Notes: generated by a model from the letters alone, not told the origin. Shown: positions 51,632 to 61,650, counted from the stretch's first letter. The stretch is DNA of 64,000 bases from Vulcanimicrobiota bacterium (GCA_963792005.1 CAWBUG010000002.1:471179-535178); one strand, 5' to 3'. Program-made: numbers and translations.

Positions 51632-52093
51632 ATGGAACGTTCGCACAAGGTAGACGTCAGCGGGCTGCTCGCCGGCAGCCGTCAGCTGATGGTGGTGGAA
51701 GATGAGGTGCCCCTCGAGCCGTTCGAGGGCCTCGTTTTTCCCGAGCCGGTCCAGGTCGTGCTCGAACTGCACCGGGGCGACCGTATGCTCGTCGTGGAGG
51801 GCAGCGTCGACGCTCGGGTCCATGGCCAATGCGATGCTTGCCTGGAGGACGTCGATCTGCAGATGCACGTCGAGGTCGGCGAGCGGCTCGATCCCGCTCA
51901 CGGACGCGAGGTCGACCCGTTCGGTGAGAGCAACGTCTTGACGGGCGCGCGGCTCGACGTGGCGGATTTAGCGCAGCAGAGCCTCTTGAGCGCTCTACCG
52001 ATGGGGCTGCGGTGCAGCGCCGAATGCCGGGGTCTCTGCCCCTCGTGCGGGGCGAATCGTAATGCGGGCGAATGCTCGTGCGAATCTGCGTAA
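51632..52093 (+). CDS. yceD: YceD/DUF177 family protein
   Basis: 153 aa. C-terminal Cys cluster CSAECRGLCPSCGANRNAGECSC. Position upstream of rpmF. Confidence 0.8.
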   Translation: MERSHKVDVSGLLAGSRQLMVVEDEVPLEPFEGLVFPEPVQVVLELHRGDRMLVVEGSVDARVHGQCDACLEDVDLQMHVEVGERLDPAHGREVDPFGESNVLTGARLDVADLAQQSLLSALPMGLRCSAECRGLCPSCGANRNAGECSCESA

Positions 52094-52114
52094 TATTTCG
52101 AAACGGAGAAAAAT

Positions 52115-52309
52115 GTGGCCAACTTAAAATGGAAGACGCCCCGCAGTAAGACTCGGAGCCGTCGGGCTGCCAACTGGAAGCTGGGGGACGTCACGACGGT
52201 GCTCTGCTCGCAATGCCACCAGCCTAAACGGCCGCATTTTGCTTGCCAGAACTGCGGAACGTATAAGGGTCGCCAGGTCATCAAGATACAAGAAGAGCCG
52301 GCCGGTTAG
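52115..52309 (+). CDS. rpmF: 50S ribosomal protein L32
   Basis: 64 aa. KWKTPRSKTRSRRA...CSQCHQPKRPHFACQNCGTYKGR. Confidence 0.9.
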   Translation: MANLKWKTPRSKTRSRRAANWKLGDVTTVLCSQCHQPKRPHFACQNCGTYKGRQVIKIQEEPAG

Positions 52310-52314
52310 GTTCG

Positions 52315-53304
52315 GTGCTGCCTTCTGGCGTGAAGATCGTCGGCGTCGGCCATTACGCGCCGCCTCGCATCGTCAGCAATCACGATCTCGAAGCCTGGTT
52401 GGAGACGACCGACGATTGGATCACGACCCGGACCGGAATGAAGCGCCGCCACTGGGCATCCGAAGAAGAGGCGACGAGCGACTTGGCGACGGCGGCGGGC
52501 GCCGCTGCGCTAGTCCACGCTGGTTTGCAGCCGCAAGAGATCGATTGCTTTATCGTCGCGACCGTCACGCCGGATTATTATTTCCCGGCGACGGCGTGTT
52601 TGGTCGCCTCGAAGCTCGGCGTCACCGAGAAGCCCGCGTTCGACATCGGGATCGCGTGCAGTGGGTTCATCTACGGGCTGACGGTCGCGTCGGGGCTGAT
52701 CCGCTCGGGCGTCTACCGGCGGATCATGCTGATCGGCGCCGAGACGCTCTCGAAAATCCTCGATAAGGAAGATCGCGCCACGGCGATTCTCTTCGGAGAC
52801 GGCGCAGGCGCCGTCATCCTCGAGCAGAGCGAAGGAGAGAGTTTTCTCGCGTCGGCTTTGGGTGCCGACGCTAGCCGGCCCGAACTGCTCTACGCGCAAG
52901 GCAGCGGTGCCAGAAGGCCAATCGATCATGCCGCGATCGACGCAAAAGTACACCTCATACACATGCAAGGCCGCGAAACGTTCAAGCTTGCGGTGCAGCG
53001 CATGGTAGAAGCCACCGAGACCGTGCTGGAGAAAGCCGCGCTGAACAAAGGCGACGTTACCTTTCTGGTTCCTCATCAAGCGAATCGGCGGATCATCGAC
53101 GCGACTGCGCGGTATCTCGAACTCCCTGAGGAGAAGGTCGTCGTCAATATCGCTGAGTACGGCAATACCTCGGCGGCCTCGATACCGATAGCGCTCTCCG
53201 AGACGGTGCGCGCCGGGCTGATCAAGCCCGGAGATCTCATCATCTTCGTCGCCTTCGGCGCAGGACTCTCGTGGGGCGCCGTAGCGTGGCGCTGGGCCGC
53301 GTGA
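52315..53304 (+). CDS. fabH: 3-oxoacyl-ACP synthase III
   Basis: 329 aa. DIGIACSGFIYGL (active Cys), VPHQANRRI, YGNTSAASIP. Confidence 0.9.
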   Translation: MLPSGVKIVGVGHYAPPRIVSNHDLEAWLETTDDWITTRTGMKRRHWASEEEATSDLATAAGAAALVHAGLQPQEIDCFIVATVTPDYYFPATACLVASKLGVTEKPAFDIGIACSGFIYGLTVASGLIRSGVYRRIMLIGAETLSKILDKEDRATAILFGDGAGAVILEQSEGESFLASALGADASRPELLYAQGSGARRPIDHAAIDAKVHLIHMQGRETFKLAVQRMVEATETVLEKAALNKGDVTFLVPHQANRRIIDATARYLELPEEKVVVNIAEYGNTSAASIPIALSETVRAGLIKPGDLIIFVAFGAGLSWGAVAWRWAA

Positions 53305-54260
53305 TGCGCGTTGCCGTCGTCTTTCCGGGTCAGGGTTCGCAAGGCGTCGGCATGGGCTGCGACGTCGCCGCTCATGCGGCTGCGGCGCGCGAGATCTTCG
53401 ATCGGGCGAATGCCGTACTCGGCTACGATCTTCTCGCCTTGCAGCGCGAAGGTCCCGAAGAGAGGCTTCGCGAGACGGAGTTCAGCCAGCCGGCGATCTT
53501 CACGACCAACCTCGCCCTCTATGCCGCCGTCGGCGGCCTCTTTACGCCGGTCGTCACGGCGGGACACTCTTTTGCCGAACTATGCAGCCTCGTCGTTGCA
53601 GCATCGCTCTCGTTCGAAGACGCGTTGCGAATCGTTAGCGAACGGGGCAAAGCGATGCAGGAGGCGGCCCGGCGGGCCCGCGGCGGAATGTCGGCGATCT
53701 TAGGTCTCGACGCGACGCAGGTTCGCGACGTGCTCGCGCAAATGCGCGGTCGCGGTCGCGTCGGTCTGGCAAACTTCAACTCGCCGACGCAGATCGTCAT
53801 CAGCGGCGAGCTCGACGCGGTTGCGGCGGCGGGACAGGCGATGCTCGACGCCGGGGCAAAGCGCGTCGTACCGCTCAACGTTTCCGGCGCCTGGCACAGC
53901 GAGTTGATGGAGCCGGCTCTCGCGCGCGTTCGCGAGGCCGTGGAAGCGAGCCGTTTTTCGCTGCCCGCCATCGACGTCGTATCCAACGTCGATGGACGCC
54001 CCTATCGCGACGTCGAGACGATCAAAACCAATCTCATTCGCTCGGTCGTCGATGAGGTTCGCTGGCACGATACGGCCGAGCGGATTCGTACGTACGTTCC
54101 CGATCTGATCGTAGAGTTCGGCGCGAGCGGCGTGTTGAGCGCGTTGTTTAAACGAATGCCCGGGTTGGCCGAACGCAGCAGTTTGAGGACGGTAAGCGAT
54201 TTTGCCGGCGTGCAACGCCTGCGTGGTGCAATCGAAGGGCGCGCGGAGGCCAAGGTATGA
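53304..54260 (+). CDS. fabD: malonyl-CoA:ACP transacylase
   Basis: VVFPGQGSQGVGMG and AGHSFAE (GHSxG-type nucleophile). ATG overlaps the fabH stop. Confidence 0.9.
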   Translation: MRVAVVFPGQGSQGVGMGCDVAAHAAAAREIFDRANAVLGYDLLALQREGPEERLRETEFSQPAIFTTNLALYAAVGGLFTPVVTAGHSFAELCSLVVAASLSFEDALRIVSERGKAMQEAARRARGGMSAILGLDATQVRDVLAQMRGRGRVGLANFNSPTQIVISGELDAVAAAGQAMLDAGAKRVVPLNVSGAWHSELMEPALARVREAVEASRFSLPAIDVVSNVDGRPYRDVETIKTNLIRSVVDEVRWHDTAERIRTYVPDLIVEFGASGVLSALFKRMPGLAERSSLRTVSDFAGVQRLRGAIEGRAEAKV

Positions 54261-55003
54261 ACTTTACCGGCAAAACGGCGCTCATTACCGGCGGCAGCCG
54301 AGGAATCGGCCGCGCGATTGCCGTCGAACTCGCGCGTCACGGTGCCGACGTCGCGCTCGTTGGACGGGACGTGACCGCTCTCGCCGAGAGCGCTGCTGCG
54401 TGTGCGAATGCCCGCCCCGGCGCGGCCGCAGACGTTTACGAAGGCGACGTGACCGATCAAGCAGCGATCGAACGTATCGCGAGCGAAGTGGTGGCGCGAT
54501 TCGGGCGGATCGACTTCGCGATCGCCAACGCCGGCCAGTCGGTCGACGCATTGCTCCTGCGGCTCAAATCCGAGACGATCGATCGTCTGCTCGACGTGAA
54601 TCTTAAATCGGCGTTCTATCTTTGCGGCGCGGTTGCAAAGCCGATGATGAAGCAGCGTGGCGGCTCGATCGTCCTCATGACGAGCATCGTCGGCATGATG
54701 GGCAACGCCGGCCAGGCCGCGTATGCGGCCTCGAAAGCGGGCCTCATCGGGCTCTGCAAATCGCTGGCAAAGGAGTTGGGTTCGAGGAATATAAGAGTCA
54801 ACGCCGTCGCGCCGGGCTATATCGAGACCGCCATGACTGAAAAGATGCCCGCCGCCGCCAGGGAGTTTTTGATCAAGCAAGCCGCTCTCGGCCGGGCCGG
54901 GAAGCCCGAAGATGTCAGCGGAGTCGTCGCATTCCTATGCTCCGACGCCGCGGGATTCATCACCGGGCAGACGCTCGTAGTCGACGGCGGTATCCTCATG
55001 TGA
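54257..55003 (+). CDS. fabG: 3-oxoacyl-ACP reductase
   Basis: 248 aa. TGGSRGIGRAIA, YAASKAG and NAVAPGYIETAM SDR motifs. Confidence 0.9.
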   Translation: MNFTGKTALITGGSRGIGRAIAVELARHGADVALVGRDVTALAESAAACANARPGAAADVYEGDVTDQAAIERIASEVVARFGRIDFAIANAGQSVDALLLRLKSETIDRLLDVNLKSAFYLCGAVAKPMMKQRGGSIVLMTSIVGMMGNAGQAAYAASKAGLIGLCKSLAKELGSRNIRVNAVAPGYIETAMTEKMPAAAREFLIKQAALGRAGKPEDVSGVVAFLCSDAAGFITGQTLVVDGGILM

Positions 55004-55033
55004 CCCCTTTGACAAGGCCTGAAAGGAGACGTA

Positions 55034-55285
55034 ATGCCCACCACCTTCGATAAAGTAAAGAAGATCATCGTCGAGCAACTCGGCGTCGACGAGTCGGAAG
55101 TGACGCCCGAAGCGTCGATCACCGACGATCTGGGTGCCGACTCGCTCGATCAGGTCGAGCTGGTGATGGCGTTCGAGACCGAGTTCAACATCGATATTCC
55201 TGACGAGGAAGCGGAGAAGATCAAGACGGTCGGCGATGCGGTCAAGCGCATCGACGAGACGACAGCCGGTTCTTCGACCTCCTAA
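55034..55285 (+). CDS. acpP: acyl carrier protein
   Basis: 83 aa. [16 protein letters not shown] (phosphopantetheine Ser). Confidence 0.9.
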   Translation: MPTTFDKVKKIIVEQLGVDESEVTPEASITDDLGADSLDQVELVMAFETEFNIDIPDEEAEKIKTVGDAVKRIDETTAGSSTS

Positions 55286-55290
55286 CCGCA

Positions 55291-56604
55291 TTGTTCGATC
55301 AACTCCAAGAACGTCTGGGCGCGATCTTCGATCGCCTCAGCGGCCGCGGCAGGATCAGCGAAGGTGAGGTCAACGAGGCGTTGCGCGAAGTGCGCGTTGC
55401 GTTGCTCGAGGCCGACGTCTCACTCGGCGCAGCCAAAGCCTTCGTCGCCCGGGTGAACGAACGCGCCGTCGGCGCGAACGTTCTCGAGTCGCTGACTCCG
55501 GCTCAGACGATCCTCAAGCTCGTTCACGACGAGCTCGTGGAGTTGCTCGGTCCGCCGACGGGATCGGGACGCGCGCGCCTGCAATTCTCCGACGCGCCGC
55601 CGTCGATCATCATGCTGGTCGGACTGCAGGGCTCGGGCAAGACCACGCAGGCGGCGAAGCTCGCGCTTCGTCTCAAGGAGCAGGGCCGGCGGTCGCTCCT
55701 TATTGCGGCCGACGTCTACCGTCCCGCCGCAATAGAGCAGCTCAAGACGCTCGGAAAGCAGATCGGTCTTCCGGTCTACGAAAACGCCAGCGGCGAACCG
55801 GTGCGGATCGTTCGGGAGGGCGTCGCGGAGGCGAAGCGGCTCGGTCTTTCGACGGCGATTATCGATACCGCGGGGCGCCTTCAGATCGACGAACCGTTGA
55901 TGAAAGAGCTCGAGAATATCAAAGCGGTCGCACAGCCCCGCGAGATTCTGCTCGTGGCCGATGCGATGACCGGCCAAGAGGCGACCAGCGTCGCCAAAGG
56001 CTTCCACGAGCGGCTCGGCATTACCGGCGTGATCCTCACGAAGCTCGACGGCGATAGCCGCGGCGGAGCCGCGCTCTCGATTCACAGCGTCACGGGCGCG
56101 CCGATCAAGTTCATTGGAACCGGTGAAAAGCTCGCCGCGCTCGAGCCGTTCTATCCCGAACGGCTCGCCTCGCGAATCCTAGGCATGGGCGATGCCCTGA
56201 CCCTGATCGAGAAGACCCGCAGCCTGTACTCTGAGGATCAGGCGAAGAAGCTCGAAGAGAAGTTTCTCAAACAGACCTTTACGCTCGACGATTTTCTCGA
56301 GCAGATGCGGCAAGTGCGTAAGCTCGGTTCGTTCAACGATCTGTTGAAGATGATTCCGGGTCTGTCGAAGGCGCTGCCGAAAAATTTCGAGATTCCGGAA
56401 CGCGAGTTCGCGAAAGTCGAAGCGATCATCTGCTCGATGACGCGCGGCGAGCGCCGCAACCCCGGGGTTTTGAACGGATCGCGCCGCAAGCGAATTGCAC
56501 TCGGCTCGGGTACGCAAGTCTCAGACGTAAACCGGCTGGTGAAGCAGTTCGATCAGGCGCGCCAAATGACCAAACAGCTGAGCCGAAGCAGGCGGAGTTT
56601 ATAA
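55291..56604 (+). CDS. ffh: signal recognition particle protein Ffh
   Basis: 437 aa. [30 protein letters not shown]-domain present. TTG start. Confidence 0.9.
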   Translation: MFDQLQERLGAIFDRLSGRGRISEGEVNEALREVRVALLEADVSLGAAKAFVARVNERAVGANVLESLTPAQTILKLVHDELVELLGPPTGSGRARLQFSDAPPSIIMLVGLQGSGKTTQAAKLALRLKEQGRRSLLIAADVYRPAAIEQLKTLGKQIGLPVYENASGEPVRIVREGVAEAKRLGLSTAIIDTAGRLQIDEPLMKELENIKAVAQPREILLVADAMTGQEATSVAKGFHERLGITGVILTKLDGDSRGGAALSIHSVTGAPIKFIGTGEKLAALEPFYPERLASRILGMGDALTLIEKTRSLYSEDQAKKLEEKFLKQTFTLDDFLEQMRQVRKLGSFNDLLKMIPGLSKALPKNFEIPEREFAKVEAIICSMTRGERRNPGVLNGSRRKRIALGSGTQVSDVNRLVKQFDQARQMTKQLSRSRRSL

Positions 56605-56611
56605 CGGAATC

Positions 56612-56911
56612 ATGGTAAAAATTAGATTGCGCCGGATGGGCGCAAAGAAACAGCCCACGTATCGCTTCGTCGTTGCCGACGCGCGCGCACCCCGAGATGG
56701 CCGTTTCATCGAAATCTTAGGCCACTACAATCCGCGGACCGAGCCGCGAACGGTCATCGTCGACGAGGAGAAAGCGCGCGAATGGCTTGCAAAAGGCGCC
56801 CAGCCCTCCGATACGGTTCGCCGCCTGTTTGCTGAAAAGGGAATCATGGAGCGCGGACCGGTCCCGACGACGAAGCGGGCGCCGAAGAGCGCGCAAGGCA
56901 GTGCGTCGTGA
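56612..56911 (+). CDS. rpsP: 30S ribosomal protein S16
   Basis: [34 protein letters not shown]. Confidence 0.9.
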   Translation: MVKIRLRRMGAKKQPTYRFVVADARAPRDGRFIEILGHYNPRTEPRTVIVDEEKAREWLAKGAQPSDTVRRLFAEKGIMERGPVPTTKRAPKSAQGSAS

Positions 56912-57426
56912 GTGCCTTCGATGACGAGTTCGGCCTTTTCGGCGAGACGGTCGTCGACGAGCCCGAGCGAAAGGCGCAGACGCGACGAGAACCGCCGCCG
57001 CGCAAAGAAGCCGCGCCGCGTCAAGAGGCGGTGCCGCGTCAAGAGGCGGTGCCGCGTCAAGATCCGGCGCCGCGCCCTTCGCGTCCGGTCGCGCGTCGCG
57101 AGCGCCGCTCCAACTCCGCAGGCGATCCCTGGGCGGGTCACCGGCGGGCGACGGAGTTGCTCGACTTCCTCGCGCGCAAGCTCGTGCAAAAACCGGAAGC
57201 CGTCAGCGTCGAACTCTTCGTCGACGAGCAGGCTCAGCCGGTCATCGAGCTCATCGTCGATCCGGAAGATTTGGGAAAGGTGATCGGTCGCAGCGGTCGC
57301 GTAGCGCAGGCGCTCCGCACCGTCGTGCGCGCGACGGCTGAGGGGCGCGTCGCAGTCGACATTCTCGACAGCGAAGAAGCGGCACTAGGGTTGGACGACG
57401 ACGGGCCGCGCGAAGCGCGGTCCTGA
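56908..57426 (+). CDS. KH-domain RNA-binding protein (YlqC-like) with repeat-containing N-terminal extension
   Basis: KH core [21 protein letters not shown]. The N-terminal ~85 aa are Pro/Arg/Glu-rich and include the APRQEA-type repeats. Confidence 0.8.
   Translation: MSAFDDEFGLFGETVVDEPERKAQTRREPPPRKEAAPRQEAVPRQEAVPRQDPAPRPSRPVARRERRSNSAGDPWAGHRRATELLDFLARKLVQKPEAVSVELFVDEQAQPVIELIVDPEDLGKVIGRSGRVAQALRTVVRATAEGRVAVDILDSEEAALGLDDDGPREARS
57013..57066 (+). repeat. three tandem 18-nt repeats inside the KH-protein gene
   Basis: G(C/T)GCCGCGTCAAGAGGCG x2 plus a diverged third copy. They encode [18 protein letters not shown]. Confidence 0.8.
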
Positions 57427-57435
57427 GCGAGGCGC

Positions 57436-57960
57436 GTGAGCGCCGAGACGAAGGGGTACGTTGTCGTAGGAAGAATTGCAGGCGCGTTCGGCGTTCGCGG
57501 TGAGTTGAAGTGCGACCCGACTAGTGCGGGTCGCACCGCTATTTTAGCCGGGTCGGCGCTGCGTTGCGAGTGCGGAGGAGAGACGCGAGCGATACGCGTT
57601 ACCGAATCGCGGCCGCACAAGAATCGTCTGCTGCTTCGTATCGACGGAATCGACGACGCCGCCGCGGCCGCGGAGCTCTGCGGCGCCGTTCTTTACGCGC
57701 CGCGCGCGGAGATTGCACTCGCCGAGGGAGAGTATCTCGACGACGATCTCCTGGGCTGCGCGGTTGTGGGCCGCGACGGCACGTCATACGGGGCCGTCGA
57801 AGGCGTCGAGCATTTTCCCGCGAGCGACATGCTGGTCGTTCGCGGCGGGATGGTGCCGATGGTAGAAGCGATCGTTGCGGAAATAGACCTCTCGCGCAGA
57901 ACGATCGTTATCGATCCGCCGGCGGGATTGCTCGAGCCGCCCGGCCCCGCGGCAGGCTAG
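57436..57960 (+). CDS. rimM: 16S rRNA processing protein RimM
   Basis: 174 aa. VVGRIAGAFGVRGELK... and a PRC-barrel C-terminus. Position after rpsP-KH. Confidence 0.85.
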   Translation: MSAETKGYVVVGRIAGAFGVRGELKCDPTSAGRTAILAGSALRCECGGETRAIRVTESRPHKNRLLLRIDGIDDAAAAAELCGAVLYAPRAEIALAEGEYLDDDLLGCAVVGRDGTSYGAVEGVEHFPASDMLVVRGGMVPMVEAIVAEIDLSRRTIVIDPPAGLLEPPGPAAG

Positions 57961-58970
57961 CCGTTCTCGGGGTGAGCGGTCGCGTAGGCCGCCACCGCGG
58001 CGTCGACCGCAGTTTTGATCGACGAGCCTTTACCGGTCTGATGATCGAGCGTCGCGCCGAAACAGGTGTAGATGTAGAGTTCGAAGACGTACCCCTTCGC
58101 GTGGGGCGCCGGTGGTCGCAGGGTGCCGCTCGCAATGGTGTTGTCGCGATTCGCGCCGCAGATGGCGTCGGCCGACTGCGCTACGCTCGATTGAACTGCC
58201 GTCATCTGCACGTTGAAGTGGCCGTTGAGCGCGAAGTACAGCTCGTGCGTGGCGCCGGTCAGATCCTGCGCCGAAACCGTTCCCGAAGCCGTAACCGGTG
58301 CGACGATAACGCCGCGCGACGGCTTAGCGACGGGACCGGGCGCCGGCGTGTGCGCCGCGCCCTTATGCTTGAAGACGGCGTTGACGATGCTGCCGAGTCC
58401 GCGGATCGGAACCTGGGCACCGTTGGTGGAAGTGGGTGCCGGCGTGTTCGACGGCTGCGTCTGCACCGATTCGGTGCCGCGCCCCACAAACGTGAGGATC
58501 TGCGACCGCGCGAGGAGCGACTGCGACGCGACGTCGGCAACGCTCGAAACCTGGGCCGTTTGCGAAAAGAGAATGACGCCGCTCTCAACGCTTACGACCT
58601 GTTCGACCACGGCGGCGCTGTCACCGACCGGCGTCACGTAGCCGCTGATGTAGAAGTCGGCATGCGCCGTGCGCGCGTTATCGAGGAAATCGGCCCGCTT
58701 AACGCCCTGAGGCACTGCCGGAACGTTGATCCCGCCTGCAGCGATCATTTCCTGGGCGAGTATTTGCGCGATCGCGCTGCCGATACGCGGATCGGTGCCG
58801 GTCTGAACGTCGAACGGATAGATAACGACGATCGGCAGCTGCTGGATTCCCGCGGCCGGCGTGGGGACCGGCGGCGGCGGCGTCGGCGGCGTGGCCGCAG
58901 TGGAGAAGAGCAGCGCGCAAGCGAGCGCGGAGAGACCGGCGAGGCCGCGCAGCGTGAAGTTCCTAGGCAT
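57957..58970 (-). CDS. hypothetical secreted protein (LpoB/CsgG-like N-terminal pattern)
   Basis: Signal peptide MPRNFTLRGLAGLSALACALLFSTAA, a Pro-rich linker, then IVVIYPFDVQTG...IAQILAQEMIAAG. Confidence 0.55.
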   Translation of the reverse strand: MPRNFTLRGLAGLSALACALLFSTAATPPTPPPPVPTPAAGIQQLPIVVIYPFDVQTGTDPRIGSAIAQILAQEMIAAGGINVPAVPQGVKRADFLDNARTAHADFYISGYVTPVGDSAAVVEQVVSVESGVILFSQTAQVSSVADVASQSLLARSQILTFVGRGTESVQTQPSNTPAPTSTNGAQVPIRGLGSIVNAVFKHKGAAHTPAPGPVAKPSRGVIVAPVTASGTVSAQDLTGATHELYFALNGHFNVQMTAVQSSVAQSADAICGANRDNTIASGTLRPPAPHAKGYVFELYIYTCFGATLDHQTGKGSSIKTAVDAAVAAYATAHPENG

Positions 58971-59790
58971 CAACGGCCGCTTCTTCGCGCAACGAAGCCC
59001 GATGTCCGGTTTGCCACGCGATGCTGTACTCCGCGCCGAAGAGAAAGATCGATCCGATGCAATAGAACCAGAGAAGCAAGACGAGCGGTGCCGAGAGCGC
59101 TCCATAGATGTGTGTAAAGTCGACGTGCGTCAGGTAGGCGGCAAAGGCATATTGTACGGCCGGCCATGCGATCGCGACGACGGCGGCGCCGCGTAAGGCA
59201 AACGCCCAAGAGACGGTCCGGTTCGGCAGCCATTTGTAGAGCACGACCGTAACGATGAAGACCAGCGCGATCGATAGGAGATAGGCGAGAATGTGCGTGA
59301 TGCGGCGCGGATCGGTCAAGCCGGCAACCTGGAAGGTAATCGACAGTACGATCGGGAGTGCGGTCGCGATCATCAAGAGTATGCCCGTAACCGGAAGCAT
59401 GATCAGCGAGAGCGCCAAATTGTGGACGAGCGGGCGCCCCTTCGGAACGTTGAGCGCGCGGTCGAGCGCGTAGGCGAGTCCCATGAACAAATTTTTCCCC
59501 GACCAAAGGATAAAGGCGAAGGCAATGAGGCTCGATATTCCGCGCCCGTAAATGTAGGTCTCGAGATTGTTGACGATATAGTCGTGAAGCGTCGGCGCGA
59601 GCGTGTCGAAGAAGGCCAGTGCCCGGTGCTGCGACTCAGGAAGGACGAGCGTTAGCGCGCTGAGCGTCAGGACGCTCAGCGGAAAGAGCGCGAAGAGCGC
59701 GTTGAATGCCACGGACTGTGCGTGAAAGGCGCACCCGTCGCGAGCGAATCGCAGCAGGGCGTCGTGCGATACGGAGATGAGTCGGCGCAT
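58963..59790 (-). CDS. YihY/BrkB (virulence factor BrkB) family membrane protein
   Basis: SVAFNALFALFPL...multiple TM...LLLWFYCIGSIFLFGAEYS. The start is at 59790 (MRRLIS) or 59847. Confidence 0.8.
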   Translation of the reverse strand: MRRLISVSHDALLRFARDGCAFHAQSVAFNALFALFPLSVLTLSALTLVLPESQHRALAFFDTLAPTLHDYIVNNLETYIYGRGISSLIAFAFILWSGKNLFMGLAYALDRALNVPKGRPLVHNLALSLIMLPVTGILLMIATALPIVLSITFQVAGLTDPRRITHILAYLLSIALVFIVTVVLYKWLPNRTVSWAFALRGAAVVAIAWPAVQYAFAAYLTHVDFTHIYGALSAPLVLLLWFYCIGSIFLFGAEYSIAWQTGHRASLREEAAVDA

Positions 59791-60625
59791 CCCGGGCGGT
59801 ATATCGTGGAAGGTGCCGCTATTCCCACCGGCCGCCGTCGTCGCCATCGTCGTCGACGGCCATCCTCTCGTCGCCTATCGACGCGCGTACCTGGCGGACG
59901 GGCGCGTCTTTGCGCCGGTTTCGCCGTTGCTGACGCGAGTCGCCGAGCGCGTTTGGCTCGACGGCGAGACGCTCGTCGCGCAGCGCGATGGCCGACGTGC
60001 GTACGTCCGTTTAGTCCCTCAAGCATCGGGCGAGCTCGGTGCGGCGTACGTTCCCGCCGGGCCGGTGCTTCGAGCGCTCGGAGCGACGGTGCATTATGAG
60101 GCGGCCGGGCGGCGTTTGGTGGTAACGCTTCCCGCGCATGGCGCGGTCGGCTCGCCGACACCCTTCAACCCTGCGGCGCCTTCTACGGCGCCCAACGCGG
60201 TATTTACGCCCCCGGTGCCCGCGACGCCGCGACCGCTCTGGACCGGCTCGCCGATGCCGCGCCGCACGGCGCTTCCGTTTCCGCCGCCGCTCGCGAGGGT
60301 AAATGCGATTTCATCATCGCGCGGCCACCGCGGCAAGATCGAGCGCACCGAGTCCGCGGTCGGAGAGGTTTCGCAACAGCGCCTCCATCGCGTCCACCAC
60401 GGGAAGGCGCTCGTGGTGTGCTGCACCTTGCATCAGGGCTGCATCTTTGCGTGCCATGTCGATCGTCCAGAGCGGCTCGTACGCTTCGGCGACCATGCGT
60501 TTGCCCCGCCCGGAGACTTGTCCGGAAGGGTCGTAGAAGTCGAAGAGCGCGTAGGCTTGCTCTCGCGTGAAACCCTGCCGCTCCGCAATACGGAAAAGAT
60601 CGTTCAGTCCGCCGATCACCGCTAA
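59777..60625 (+). CDS. hypothetical protein with stalk-like (copper amine oxidase N-terminal-like) repeats and Pro-rich tail
   Basis: High-GC3 coding signal up to ~60300 (VVDGHPLVAY...DGRVFAPVSPL...LRALGATVHYEAAGRRLVVTL). The last ~310 nt overlap the convergent gene, so the 3' end is doubtful. Confidence 0.4.
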   Translation: MSRRIPGGISWKVPLFPPAAVVAIVVDGHPLVAYRRAYLADGRVFAPVSPLLTRVAERVWLDGETLVAQRDGRRAYVRLVPQASGELGAAYVPAGPVLRALGATVHYEAAGRRLVVTLPAHGAVGSPTPFNPAAPSTAPNAVFTPPVPATPRPLWTGSPMPRRTALPFPPPLARVNAISSSRGHRGKIERTESAVGEVSQQRLHRVHHGKALVVCCTLHQGCIFACHVDRPERLVRFGDHAFAPPGDLSGRVVEVEERVGLLSRETLPLRNTEKIVQSADHR

Positions 60626-61150
60626 GATCATCGCGTTGCCCATCAACTTATACGCGGCCGCGTCTTCCGGACGCGGGCCCATGTAGCGAAGATCGCCGCA
60701 CATTGTCTCGAGTGCGCCGCGCAGCTGCTTCACGAGCTCCGGATCCCCGGAGGCGAGCATCACGCCGGCCGCCTCGAGCGCCATGGGCGGCCCCATAAAG
60801 ACGGGTGCGTGCAGAAACGCATAGCCCGCATCGGCGAGCCGGCGCGCGCGTTCTGCGACGTGCTGCGGCAAAACCGTCGTATGATCGACGATCGGACTCT
60901 CCGGTGCGATTCCTTCGAGCGCACCGTCGATCACGGCGTCGACGCTTGCGTCATCGCTCAAACAGCAGTGAACTCTTTCGGCGCCGCGTGCGGTTTCCGC
61001 GAGATCGGCGAATGCCTTGGCCCCGTACGTCTCGAGCGCCTGAGCTTTCTCGTGCGTGCGGCTCCAGACGCGCACGTCGATTCCGCAGAGCAGCAAATTC
61101 CGGATCATCGCCGAGCCGAGCATACCGGCACCGTAAAATGCGACCGTCAC
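60314..61150 (-). CDS. NAD(P)-dependent oxidoreductase (3-hydroxyisobutyrate / 6-phosphogluconate dehydrogenase-like)
   Basis: VAFYGAGMLGSAMIRNL Rossmann motif. 278 aa from a GTG at 61150, with a GTGA overlap on doxX. Confidence 0.8.
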   Translation of the reverse strand: MTVAFYGAGMLGSAMIRNLLLCGIDVRVWSRTHEKAQALETYGAKAFADLAETARGAERVHCCLSDDASVDAVIDGALEGIAPESPIVDHTTVLPQHVAERARRLADAGYAFLHAPVFMGPPMALEAAGVMLASGDPELVKQLRGALETMCGDLRYMGPRPEDAAAYKLMGNAMILAVIGGLNDLFRIAERQGFTREQAYALFDFYDPSGQVSGRGKRMVAEAYEPLWTIDMARKDAALMQGAAHHERLPVVDAMEALLRNLSDRGLGALDLAAVAAR

Positions 61151-61650
61151 GATGCGGGCCTCCGCGCGAGCAGGTTGAGCCCGGCGACGATGACGGCAGC
61201 CGCGAGCGCATACCAAATTTGGATCGGATCGGTAAGGAAGCTGAGATTCAGGGCGCTATCGAGCGAGTAGATTCCATTGCCGCCGAAGGCAATCGCCATT
61301 GCCGCCGCGACGTTCGTCAACGGAAGCTCGTAGCCGCCGCCGCTCGTGAAGAATCCTTTGGAGATGTGCACGGAACCGATCGCCACGAGCATGACGATGA
61401 CGATGAGCACGGGGCCGAGCGCTCCGCCGAGCCCCAGCACCGTCAACAGACCGCCGCCCGCCTCACCCAGACCGGCCATGAGCGCGAAGAGCCGGCCCGG
61501 CCGGAACCCAACGCCTTCGAAGAAGGCCCCCGTTCCGGTCACTCCACCGCCGCCGAACCACCCAAAGAGCTTCTGTGTGCCGTGGGCAACCAGAGCGAAT
61601 CCGAGGATCAATCGAACGACCAAAAATGCCGCGCTAACCGCAACGCTCAT
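61147..61650 (-). CDS. DoxX family membrane protein
   Basis: 167 aa. GFALVAHGTQKLFGWFGGGG is typical of DoxX. 4 TM. Confidence 0.8.
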   Translation of the reverse strand: MSVAVSAAFLVVRLILGFALVAHGTQKLFGWFGGGGVTGTGAFFEGVGFRPGRLFALMAGLGEAGGGLLTVLGLGGALGPVLIVIVMLVAIGSVHISKGFFTSGGGYELPLTNVAAAMAIAFGGNGIYSLDSALNLSFLTDPIQIWYALAAAVIVAGLNLLARRPAS

